From positions 13,108 through 77,107 of the IMG/VR virus record IMGVR_UViG_3300033146_005369: DNA of 64,000 nucleotides. One strand, written 5' to 3'. Both the position numbers and the translations under genes were made by a program. Source of the DNA: a virus (Duplodnaviria; Caudoviricetes). Below are positions 48,354 through 56,833 of this stretch, in pieces; position 1 is the stretch's first letter; each line of letters starts with the position of its first letter. The notes below the pieces were generated by a model. It ran no database searches and was not told the origin of the DNA. It saw only the letters and a program-made list of their open reading frames with translations.

Positions 48354-49963
48354 CGCGCCTTCACCAATTCCCATCCATTGCTCGTTAAATGCTTAACAAT
48401 TTCGTTCCTAACCTTGTAAAATCTTTCATGATTTTTTGGATTACTAGATGCCACATCATCAATCCCATATTCATTTCCTTTGATCGATGACCACATTTCT
48501 CTTTGATTTCTAGGATGAGCTGGAGTGAATGTCTTAATCCCCAAGTGCTTCTGAGCCATTGCAGAAAGTTGGATATCTTCTCCTGTTTCGTAAGTCAACG
48601 GTTCTTCAATGAAGATTGCTCTTAGAATATCTTTCTCTAAAAACCATGCGTGCCCAATCAAATCACACTCTTGAATTTCGTTTGAAGGTGCCGCCCAACC
48701 TGTTCTGACATGCGGCGAATAAGAAGTTTTATAATTCAACTTAACACCAGCTCCTCCAAGAATTGCTTTACCAACTGTATTCAAAGTCGAGACACAATTT
48801 TTGAACCAATCTTTACCAGGAATTGTGTCATCATCAAAAAATGCTATGAATTTCGTTTCTGCAAGCATTGCAGCAGCATATCTTCCGTAATATTTCCAGT
48901 TGAAATTGTTTCTGAAAACTTTTAAACCAAATTGTTCAAAATCAAAATCATGATTATCCTCATGATCATTCACCCATATCCAAATGTCCGCTGAAGAGAG
49001 CAAACTTTGATTTCTAATTGCTGCAATCTGTTCTTTGAGCAAATGAGGTCTTCGATAAGCTGTCAGAATGACCGTCAAATCGCTTGCAGAAATCTTTGCT
49101 TGCTTAGCCTCAACAATCTTCTCGAAGAAGCTCAGCGCTTGCCTGATGCGTTTTTTGATGTCGTTTATCAACTCTATCCCGCGCATCTTTGCATTGGATT
49201 CGCTCAGAGCACCAATTTTTGTATTGTTGGTGATGACTCCTGCACCAATCATCTTAGCTTCCATCACAACCTTTGAATAAGTTTCAAAAACTTGTGGCAA
49301 AAAGCAGAGATGTTTGTTTGAAGCGAGTTTCATAATGAACTCAGACCATTTCTCATCCTTTACAAGTTGATATTCAATTCCAACTCTTTTGCAGTACTCA
49401 ACAGCCTGGTCACGTCCTTTGATGATGTTGTTTGAGTCAAGGATTGAGACAACATGGTCATTCATTCTGGAACGGTAACGTTTTGTCATCACTTCTAAAA
49501 AATTCAGTTGCTCATCATCCCAAAACGCTGTCCCAATATTATGAATGTTCTGAATTCCCAAATTCAGATTGATAATTCTCTTATGTTCTTTTGAAAAGAC
49601 AACCACCACTTTAGCTCGTTGATACAAAAATTTGTTGATGATATCGCTTTCAGGCGCTTTAAAATTGACATAATTTGATGGATCACGAGTCACCAAATAC
49701 TTATGATCATGTTCAAAAATGATATAGTTACACCTAACACTAAATTCTTCAAGAAGGTGCCTTGGGAATCTGACAAAATTCCCAAGGATAACAAAATTGC
49801 TTGAAATCTCTTCAATTTTGTTGCGAGTCATTTTATGTGAATTTATTTTTTCGACTTCCCACCCTCTCGAACGGTAATGTCTAATCAGGAAATCGTCATC
49901 ACTTTCAGCACCACCTTTCACTTGTGAATAAAAAAAATCCGCAACAAAACTGATTTTCTTCAT
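48350..49963 (-). CDS. Bifunctional glycosyltransferase (GT-B/GT4-like N-terminus + GT2 C-terminus)
   Basis: N-half P...ETYSKVVMEAKMIGA. C-half LTVILTAYRRP...AFFDDDTIPG. Confidence 0.8.
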   Translation of the reverse strand: MKKISFVADFFYSQVKGGAESDDDFLIRHYRSRGWEVEKINSHKMTRNKIEEISSNFVILGNFVRFPRHLLEEFSVRCNYIIFEHDHKYLVTRDPSNYVNFKAPESDIINKFLYQRAKVVVVFSKEHKRIINLNLGIQNIHNIGTAFWDDEQLNFLEVMTKRYRSRMNDHVVSILDSNNIIKGRDQAVEYCKRVGIEYQLVKDEKWSEFIMKLASNKHLCFLPQVFETYSKVVMEAKMIGAGVITNNTKIGALSESNAKMRGIELINDIKKRIRQALSFFEKIVEAKQAKISASDLTVILTAYRRPHLLKEQIAAIRNQSLLSSADIWIWVNDHEDNHDFDFEQFGLKVFRNNFNWKYYGRYAAAMLAETKFIAFFDDDTIPGKDWFKNCVSTLNTVGKAILGGAGVKLNYKTSYSPHVRTGWAAPSNEIQECDLIGHAWFLEKDILRAIFIEEPLTYETGEDIQLSAMAQKHLGIKTFTPAHPRNQREMWSSIKGNEYGIDDVASSNPKNHERFYKVRNEIVKHLTSNGWELVKAR

Positions 49964-50136
49964 CGCTTTCCCTCTCTAAATCCCAAAAAATTGTCAAAAA
50001 GCTGTATCACTTCTTCATAGACTTCTTGCTTCGCCATTTCAAGTTCACTTCTCTCATGATCTAATTCAATGCCATAATGCATTTGATCACGCCGCCAAAT
50101 AATTTCTTCAAATAATTTCTGAACTTCTTGTCCCAT
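49960..50136 (-). CDS. Small hypothetical protein
   Basis: MGQEVQKLFEEIIW...FREGKR. Likely start 50136, downstream of the neighbour's stop. Confidence 0.5.
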   Translation of the reverse strand: MGQEVQKLFEEIIWRRDQMHYGIELDHERSELEMAKQEVYEEVIQLFDNFLGFREGKR

Positions 50137-50152
50137 CGTTTTACACCCACTG

Positions 50153-51454
50153 CTAAAAGGTCTCAATCTTATCCATCTTTTCTTCCCATTCCTTTTCTTC
50201 TTCGGTTTGAGAATAAATTGCATTGGCGAATTTTTCAAACATTTTCTGTTCTTCAAACTCGTGCTCAACCCACTTCTTCAATTCTTTTGAAACCTCCAGT
50301 TTTTTATCATATTCGGCAATAACTTCAATCATTGCTCTACGATATTCAGTCATCTTTGGGAACGCCCACATTGATTCTGGGATTATAATATCCTTCCAAT
50401 GAACCTCTTGTTGAACTTTTTTTAATTCATAATCAACTGGTGTAAACATTGGCTCCTTCTTTGTTAACTTCCTGACTTTGCCATTTTTTTGTTTACGACG
50501 AATTGTTTTAGGTTTACATAAAAAATCTAAATGGCCAGACCAATTTGTTGCAATCACTGGTAATCCATTTACAACAGCGTCCAAAATTGGTAATCCAGCT
50601 CCTTCACCATGTGCAATATTAACAAATGCTTTGATTTTCGGATGGAGATATAATCCTTGAGTTTCTTCATCGCTCATTTCACCGTGCAATAAATAAATTT
50701 TACACCTTCTGTCTTGTCGTGCTCCTTCAAGGATATTTGTAACCATTTGTTTAACTGTATAAAAATCTCGTGTTGAATTATTCATTTTGTTTATTTTCAA
50801 CACCATTCCAACGCGCGCATCAAACCAAAATTGTTCAACAAATCCAACAATTGTTTGGACAAGATTTTTTCTTGCTCCAAATTGTGCCATTACAAAAAAA
50901 TTGAACTCTGTTTCAAAATCAATATCAGGAATCTTTGCTTCTGTTTTTCTAACTGGATAATGAATTATTTCAATAGGTTTTTCAACCTTTAATGCATTCT
51001 TAACAACTTCTCCATTTGGCAATCGTGCATCATACATTGATTCCACAATTCCTTGTTTAGAAAAATCGGAAATTGTGATAACTTTATCCATCGTATTAAT
51101 TTTTTGAATCCACTCAGCAGAAATTTTTGTTGTTTCAACACCGGCAGTCACACCAATATTATATTTTGCCATACGTGAATCGAATTCACCTGGGATTGTG
51201 ACCTGAAGAGAAATATCAAAACCTCTGAAAACATAATTTGAACGAACATGATTAAATTTGTGTGTTAAACTTTGAAACCACTCAAATTCTTCATTTTTTT
51301 GAACAATTGTTCCAGTCGCACCCCATCCAACTGCTAAAAGGTAAATGTCAAACCGTTCAGGATATTTTCTCAAACTCCTCAACAAGTAACGAACATGTTC
51401 CCCATAACCAGAACGTGAAAATGCTGGGCCTCGTACAATAACAGTTTTTTTCAT
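50153..51454 (-). CDS. GT4-family glycosyltransferase
   Basis: RGPAFSRSGYG, RKNL, HGEGAGLPILDAVVNGLPVIATNWSGHLDF. Start refined to 51454 (TAATG overlap). Confidence 0.85.
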   Translation of the reverse strand: MKKTVIVRGPAFSRSGYGEHVRYLLRSLRKYPERFDIYLLAVGWGATGTIVQKNEEFEWFQSLTHKFNHVRSNYVFRGFDISLQVTIPGEFDSRMAKYNIGVTAGVETTKISAEWIQKINTMDKVITISDFSKQGIVESMYDARLPNGEVVKNALKVEKPIEIIHYPVRKTEAKIPDIDFETEFNFFVMAQFGARKNLVQTIVGFVEQFWFDARVGMVLKINKMNNSTRDFYTVKQMVTNILEGARQDRRCKIYLLHGEMSDEETQGLYLHPKIKAFVNIAHGEGAGLPILDAVVNGLPVIATNWSGHLDFLCKPKTIRRKQKNGKVRKLTKKEPMFTPVDYELKKVQQEVHWKDIIIPESMWAFPKMTEYRRAMIEVIAEYDKKLEVSKELKKWVEHEFEEQKMFEKFANAIYSQTEEEKEWEEKMDKIETF

Positions 51455-52713
51455 TATAGAACCTCTAATTTCAAATGAGAATAATTCTTTCTTGTATCCC
51501 ATGAACCAAAATGGTCATGAACCTCTTCCATCATCCTAACCCAGTTCTTCTTATAATTCGCATAGTTGAAATTTTTCCGAACATGTTCAATTGCACGAAT
51601 TCCCAACTCTTCACGTTCTTTTTTATCCATATTGTACATTGTTTTCAATGCGTTAACAAAACCATCTTCAGAAATTCTGTCAGAAAAGATATACGGAACT
51701 TGTCGAGACCCAATCAATGTCTGGGAAGCTGGCTCAATTAAAACTCCAAAAGTTTCATTTTCACCTTTGACTTGTTCGACGATACCTCCTGTCCTTGTTG
51801 CAACAACTGGTGTTCCACATGCTAAAGATTCTTGAACTGACAATCCAAAACCTTCTGCATCAGAAATCTGGACTGTAACATCTGAAAGATTATAGAAAGT
51901 TGCAAGTTGCGCTTCACTTAAACTTTCGTCATTAAAAATGACTTCTCCATTTGTCATATTAAACATTTTTAGGATTTCAATTAATGGTTGCCCTGCTGGA
52001 TCATTAGGATTTGTGTGCATGATAAGTCTGGCCTTATCACGTCCAACATTGTTTAAGAATGTGTTAAACCACATAATCAATGAGCCAGGCATTTTTCTAT
52101 AAAAATTTCTTGAATTGAAAAAAACTGTAAATTTTTCTTCTTCGAAGATTTTTGTTGCATTTGTAATCTGCTTTAAAATTTCTTCTTTTGACATTTTTCT
52201 AAAGAAGTGAGGATTTACAGTGTGTGGCACATATTCACTTTTAACACTCGGTGAAACCTTTCGTACAACATCGTGAGTAACCCTTGAAATGCACTGGATG
52301 AAATCGTTAGATTCATACCAACCATTGTTGTAATAAGGAACTGGATAGTTATCCCAGACATGATAATAAACCATTGGAACATAAGGTCTAATTTCATGCT
52401 CAATTAACCACAAATGCTCATAATATCTAGGATCTGTCATAAACCATAGAATATCAGGTTTATAATTATGCAAATGCATTTTAATTTCTTCTTGTGTTCC
52501 AAAACCTTGGACTGGAATCAATCTCCATTTATTACCATATTTTTTAGTAATAAATGGTTTCATTGTATCATGCCTTTTAGCACCTCCTAAAGACAAGACT
52601 TCAAATTTATTTGATTCTAACAATGATTCAATCATAATTCTTGTCTGAATCGCTACTCCAGAATGACTTACTGGCATATCAGATATAGTCATAATCTTGA
52701 TTTTCTTAGACAT
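51454..52713 (-). CDS. GT4-family glycosyltransferase
   Basis: SDMP..HSGV, NSRNFYRK, EGFGLSVQESLACGTPVVATRTGG. Start refined to 52713 (AAGGA SD). Confidence 0.88.
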   Translation of the reverse strand: MSKKIKIMTISDMPVSHSGVAIQTRIMIESLLESNKFEVLSLGGAKRHDTMKPFITKKYGNKWRLIPVQGFGTQEEIKMHLHNYKPDILWFMTDPRYYEHLWLIEHEIRPYVPMVYYHVWDNYPVPYYNNGWYESNDFIQCISRVTHDVVRKVSPSVKSEYVPHTVNPHFFRKMSKEEILKQITNATKIFEEEKFTVFFNSRNFYRKMPGSLIMWFNTFLNNVGRDKARLIMHTNPNDPAGQPLIEILKMFNMTNGEVIFNDESLSEAQLATFYNLSDVTVQISDAEGFGLSVQESLACGTPVVATRTGGIVEQVKGENETFGVLIEPASQTLIGSRQVPYIFSDRISEDGFVNALKTMYNMDKKEREELGIRAIEHVRKNFNYANYKKNWVRMMEEVHDHFGSWDTRKNYSHLKLEVL

Positions 52714-52921
52714 TAATTTCCTTTTTTCCTTTATAGAAAACATTATAGAACATTATTACATCATTTTTAATCTAATGTCAAATGTTTATTTTTATCATTT
52801 TACATTAGAAAATTTGTTTTGTAGATTCTTATATTAAAACTCTCTTTGTTTTCTTCTCTCTTTTAGAAGTTTAATTTCTTATAAGAAGATTTAATATATT
52901 ATTTAATAACTTTTTTTTTTG

Positions 52922-52950
52922 ATTGTATCATGACTTTTTACGTTTGTCAA
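52922..52950 (-). promoter_or_regulatory. Sigma70-type promoter (extended -10)
   Basis: TTGACA-17 nt-TACAAT, preceded by TG. Confidence 0.8.
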
Positions 52951-53010
52951 GCACTTTCTGAGATGTGTACACCCGTGTTCTCTCTCTCATACTCTCCCTC
53001 TTACCACTTA

Positions 53011-53041
53011 ACAAAAAAGCTTTTGAAATAAATCAAAAGCT
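53011..53041 (-). terminator. Probable intrinsic terminator
   Basis: 9-bp stem agcttttga/tcaaaagct, 6-nt loop, followed on the minus strand by a T run. AT-rich stem, so weak. Confidence 0.55.
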
Positions 53042-53171
53042 ACAGCTATGGCCTTAATATTTTAGAAAATTTGTTTTGTAGATTCTTATATTAAAACTTT
53101 CTTTGTTTAAATTAAATATTAAAACGTTTTTGTTTTATAAATGTCTTTATCAACATGTTTAATGTTCCATG

Positions 53172-53200
53172 ATTGTATCATACTTTCGACCAAAAATCAA
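53172..53200 (-). promoter_or_regulatory. Sigma70-type promoter (extended -10)
   Basis: TTGATT-17 nt-TACAAT. Shares ATGATACAATC with the 52922 promoter. Confidence 0.7.
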
Positions 53201-53326
53201 GCGAAAAATGGTGCGAGAAACAACTTTTTTTCTTGTCTCGTATGACACGGTTGTTTATAGCCATTAGGCAACGTCTCACAAGCTCAACATCCGTTCAGTA
53301 GTCCCAAAATGCCACGAGGATTGTCT

Positions 53327-53405
53327 CAGTGCCCCTCAGAAGGCGCCTAACGGCGGACGCGAGTTTCTCTATGGACCACAACTGTAAGCGATCTGAGGGG
53401 CACTG
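53327..53405. repeat. Perfect 14-bp GC-rich inverted repeat with 51-nt loop
   Basis: cagtgcccctcaga (53327..53340) / tctgaggggcactg (53392..53405). Confidence 0.93.
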
Positions 53406-53414
53406 GTGAATTCC

Positions 53415-54041
53415 TTAATGATTTGTTGAAAGTATCTTTTCAATTGAGAGTATTTTTTTAAAAGTGTTTGGAGAATGTTCACGAATGGAACGCTGATTAA
53501 TATCGCCCAGCACATGAACTTCAAAACATGATGCAAAGAATTCTCTTAAAGATGTTAAAGCATAAGGAGATTTGACGAAAAATTTCATTTGTTCGTATAT
53601 TTGATCATAACCAAGTTGAATATATAAAAAATCATCAAAATTTTTATCAAATTTGTATGTTATTTCAAATTCATTTGGGAAACGTTTGTTGAAAATTTTC
53701 CTAATCCTGACATATTCCTTTTTTATTTTTTTATCTTCATAAATGAAATCATAATATTTTTTTTCAAGAAAATGTGCGAATTCATGAACAATATCGTCAG
53801 TAGCATCTTGAACATTATCTTGTTTATTAGAAATAAAGATTTTGTCCTTATAAAGAAGGGCGTTAATATCTCTTTCTTCAAATTCTTTAAAGTGGCCAAC
53901 GACAATTGAATCAAGATTTCTGAAAACTCTTTCAAAATTAAACAAAACACTTTCTAGTTCATTTTTCAGTAATGTCAAATCAAGAGAAGTTTTATCAACC
54001 ACTCTTAATTTGACATGCATTATTGCGCCAACTTTGATCAT
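53415..54041 (-). CDS. Zincin-like metallopeptidase-fold protein
   Basis: IVHEFAHFLE (HExxH) and downstream SLREFFASCFE glutamate motif. Confidence 0.6.
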   Translation of the reverse strand: MIKVGAIMHVKLRVVDKTSLDLTLLKNELESVLFNFERVFRNLDSIVVGHFKEFEERDINALLYKDKIFISNKQDNVQDATDDIVHEFAHFLEKKYYDFIYEDKKIKKEYVRIRKIFNKRFPNEFEITYKFDKNFDDFLYIQLGYDQIYEQMKFFVKSPYALTSLREFFASCFEVHVLGDINQRSIREHSPNTFKKILSIEKILSTNH

Positions 54042-55399
54042 AGGACTTCAGCAGCAATTGTTGCAACTTTGGAACGCTCTCCTCGTTTTAGAGAAATGTG
54101 ACCAGAAACTTCATATTTTTTAAATTTCTCAATAACATATGTTAAACCATTTGAATATTCATTGAGTTTTTGGTTATCAATTTGTTGGACATCTCCTGTC
54201 AAAACAATTTTGGTATCTTCCCCAACACGTGTTAAAATCGTTTTGATCTCATGCTTGCTCAAATTTTGCACTTCATCGAACATGATAAAGGCTTTTGGAA
54301 TTGAACGTCCACGAATGTAAGTTGGTGCCTCAACTTTTACTATCCCTTTTGACATGAAAAGATTGAAATAATCTTTATCAAAGTTGAAAAGAAATTCAAT
54401 ATTATCCATAATTGGCTGAACCCAGGGTGATAATTTTTCCTCAAGAACTCCCGGAAGAAATCCAATATCTTTTCCCATTGGTTGAATTGGACGAGAAATA
54501 ATAACTTGTTTGTACAGGCTTTGAGGGCCTTGCCCTGCCTTTCCCTTCTTCGTTTGGGCGGAACTTTGCGCTAGAGCGCTCGCAATTGCAAGCAAAGTTT
54601 TCCCTGTTCCTGCTGTCCCAGTCAATGTCACAACTTTTATATCGGGATCTAACAAGAGATCTAAAGCAAAAGTTTGCTCAATATTCCTTGGCTTGATTGA
54701 CCACTCGTTCAGCTCTGGAAATTTCATTCGAACTTTTCTCAAAGGTTTATCATGATTGATGAATCTTCCAAAAGCCTTTCTTTTTGGAGTAATATCCGAA
54801 GTTAAAAGAATAAATTCATTTGCATAAAAAATTCTATTGTCATATTCATCAATAAAAAGATCTTCACCATTGTAAAAAGTATCGATAACGTAATCTGGGA
54901 CAGTGACGCTCTTATAGCCAGTGAATAAATCTTCTCTTTTTGAAGCAAGTTCGTCAACTTCGTGTCCAATTGCTCTTAAACCGAGTGCATGACATTTGAC
55001 ACGAACTTGAATATCATTTGAAACAACAACAGTTTCACGACCTTTTCGTTTTTCAACAAGTGCGACTCCAACAATGATATTGTCTGGCTTATCATTTGAG
55101 AAACTATAAGGAATCTCCGATGGATAAAATCGTTTGATTCGTAAATAGCTTCCGCCTTCTTTCAGCTTGATATTTTGGGTTATATCTTGCCCACTTTCAA
55201 CTGAATCAGCAATATGTTGATCAATTAAACGAATGAAAGATCGCGCATTCCTTCCAACATTATCCATTCGTGTTTTAAAATTATCCACTTCTTCCAAAAC
55301 AATGAAGGGGATAATGATCATCCCTTCATATTTGAGGTAGAAATCTTTGTCACTTAAAATGACATTTGTATCAATGACAAACGAAGTCATATTTTCCAT
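54038..55399 (-). CDS. phoH: PIN-PhoH fusion (PhoH2/YlaK-like)
   Basis: PIN: VIDTNVI, VLEEVD, DNII, VSND. PhoH ATPase: RNIEQ..ALD, GTAGTGKT, ISRP, GFLPG..EEK..PW, YIRGRSI, DEVQN, TRVG, GD..QID. Confidence 0.92.
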   Translation of the reverse strand: MENMTSFVIDTNVILSDKDFYLKYEGMIIIPFIVLEEVDNFKTRMDNVGRNARSFIRLIDQHIADSVESGQDITQNIKLKEGGSYLRIKRFYPSEIPYSFSNDKPDNIIVGVALVEKRKGRETVVVSNDIQVRVKCHALGLRAIGHEVDELASKREDLFTGYKSVTVPDYVIDTFYNGEDLFIDEYDNRIFYANEFILLTSDITPKRKAFGRFINHDKPLRKVRMKFPELNEWSIKPRNIEQTFALDLLLDPDIKVVTLTGTAGTGKTLLAIASALAQSSAQTKKGKAGQGPQSLYKQVIISRPIQPMGKDIGFLPGVLEEKLSPWVQPIMDNIEFLFNFDKDYFNLFMSKGIVKVEAPTYIRGRSIPKAFIMFDEVQNLSKHEIKTILTRVGEDTKIVLTGDVQQIDNQKLNEYSNGLTYVIEKFKKYEVSGHISLKRGERSKVATIAAEVL

Positions 55400-55400
55400 T

Positions 55401-55805
55401 TTAATCCTTCCTGGTTGGACGCATTAAATCGTTTTTTGGCCAACCTTTTTTACAAGAGACATCGTTATAATAATCAATCACTTCAGCTTTGCGAATGATA
55501 TTAAATAAATTTTTTCTACTGATCCCAACAATAAATCCAGCTTCAGACATTGAATTGGAAGCTGAAATTAGAAACTTTATGACAGCATCATGAACCATTT
55601 TGTTCATTATTTTAAACAATGGGATACCATAAAGTTTACCATTCATCCCATTAAAAAGCAATTGCAAACGTAATGCTATCATTTCTTCAAATGTTAGGCA
55701 GTTCAACATTGTTTCAAAATGATAATTGCTTTTTCCTTCACTTCTCAATTTTGAAACAATGCTATATTGTTTGTAGGGCCTTTTTTTCTTAGCTGGACGC
55801 CACAC
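55401..55805 (-). CDS. Protein with C-terminal Fis-like helix-turn-helix
   Basis: SMSEAGFIVGISRKNLFNIIRK resembles HTH_8 (EAA..LGI.R..L...++K). Confidence 0.6.
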   Translation of the reverse strand: MWRPAKKKRPYKQYSIVSKLRSEGKSNYHFETMLNCLTFEEMIALRLQLLFNGMNGKLYGIPLFKIMNKMVHDAVIKFLISASNSMSEAGFIVGISRKNLFNIIRKAEVIDYYNDVSCKKGWPKNDLMRPTRKD

Positions 55806-56825
55806 TTATGTAATATCCTCTAAATCAATTTGATCTCCCGATGGATTGACAGAGTTCTGCTCAATTTGTTCAATTTCGTCTTGCTCCATCCCAGGTTCTT
55901 CCAGATTCTCTTGCAACTCTTTTTCAAATCTTTCAAAATAAAGCATCAAATTAATAAGAAAATATTTATAAAACATTTGCAGATCGACATTGTTATTCAA
56001 AAGAGAATAGGCATCAATGATATTATTCTCGATTTTTTGGAAAGTTTCATAAGCAACATTCCTGCCAGTCATGTCTTGATCTGTTGAAATTGTGAAGTCT
56101 TCTTTGGGATCAACTTCTTCAACTCCCTTTCCATCATTGTCAATATCAATTATTCCATCTTGGTTACTTCTTGCTTTAACAGGATCGTTCAAATCCTCTT
56201 TATCGCCTCCATCTTTGAGATCGACTTTTATTTCTTTCAATGAGCGAAGGATTTTCTCTTCAATTGACTCTTGAAGAGAAATAGGTTCTGGTTCTAATCC
56301 CAGTTCTTCTTCTTCCTCCTCTTCTTCTGGTTCTTCAATATCAAGTTCAGAATCCTCAATCGGACTTTCACCGTATTCTGGTTCTGGATAGAGTGAAGAA
56401 TCATCACCTTGTGGAGAATCTGGTAAATCAAGATTGTCCAAATCCTTTGTTTTATGACCAAGCTCTTGTTCAATTTCGGCACGGTTTAAAGAATTTGGTG
56501 GCGCAATCGCTCCCTTAACAGCGTTCAGAATATGTGCTCGAAAACTTTTCCTCTGTTTTGGGTCAGTTGTCAAAGTTTTATAACCAATTTCAATGATCTT
56601 GATGATCTTTTTGAGAAGATCCTGGAGCACATTAATGCCTGTGTTTGAGTGAGGAACTTTATCTGCTACTTTTGCTTCAATCAAAATGCTGCGAATATAT
56701 CTCCGAAGATATTCGCGTTCCTGTACTGTTTTGAAGTTGTTTTGAACGTCTTCACGAATTTCTTTGAGAAGTTGTTGTTTTATATTTTCTCTCGCATTCA
56801 GTTCGTTAATCAGCTTTCTTCTCAT
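55806..56825 (-). CDS. Acidic hypothetical protein (possible prohead core/internal protein)
   Basis: 339 aa, E/D/P-rich central linker, several L/I-x-E sites near the N-terminus. Confidence 0.6.
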   Translation of the reverse strand: MRRKLINELNARENIKQQLLKEIREDVQNNFKTVQEREYLRRYIRSILIEAKVADKVPHSNTGINVLQDLLKKIIKIIEIGYKTLTTDPKQRKSFRAHILNAVKGAIAPPNSLNRAEIEQELGHKTKDLDNLDLPDSPQGDDSSLYPEPEYGESPIEDSELDIEEPEEEEEEEELGLEPEPISLQESIEEKILRSLKEIKVDLKDGGDKEDLNDPVKARSNQDGIIDIDNDGKGVEEVDPKEDFTISTDQDMTGRNVAYETFQKIENNIIDAYSLLNNNVDLQMFYKYFLINLMLYFERFEKELQENLEEPGMEQDEIEQIEQNSVNPSGDQIDLEDIT

Positions 56826-56833
56826 ATCTTTCC

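Larger units (their letters stand above)
52805..53108. repeat. 47-bp direct repeat, two copies (52805..52851, 53062..53108), one mismatch
   Basis: ttagaaaatttgttttgtagattcttatattaaaact(c/t)tctttgttt. Confidence 0.93.

Noticed and set aside
52753-52781. Third promoter TTGACA-17-TAATAA before the GT4 gene
   Set aside because: The -35 is perfect but the -10 lacks the conserved final T in a very AT-rich context. Not supportable enough to list.
52805-53108. 47-bp repeat contains AATTT..TTGTAGAT, reminiscent of a Cas12a direct repeat
   Set aside because: It lacks the CTAC arm needed for the stem, has only two copies ~210 bp apart, and no cas gene is present.
53201-53414. tRNA or hammerhead ribozyme in the GC-rich stretch
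   Set aside because: No cloverleaf or GTTCRA T-loop, and no CTGATGA/GAAA core on either strand.
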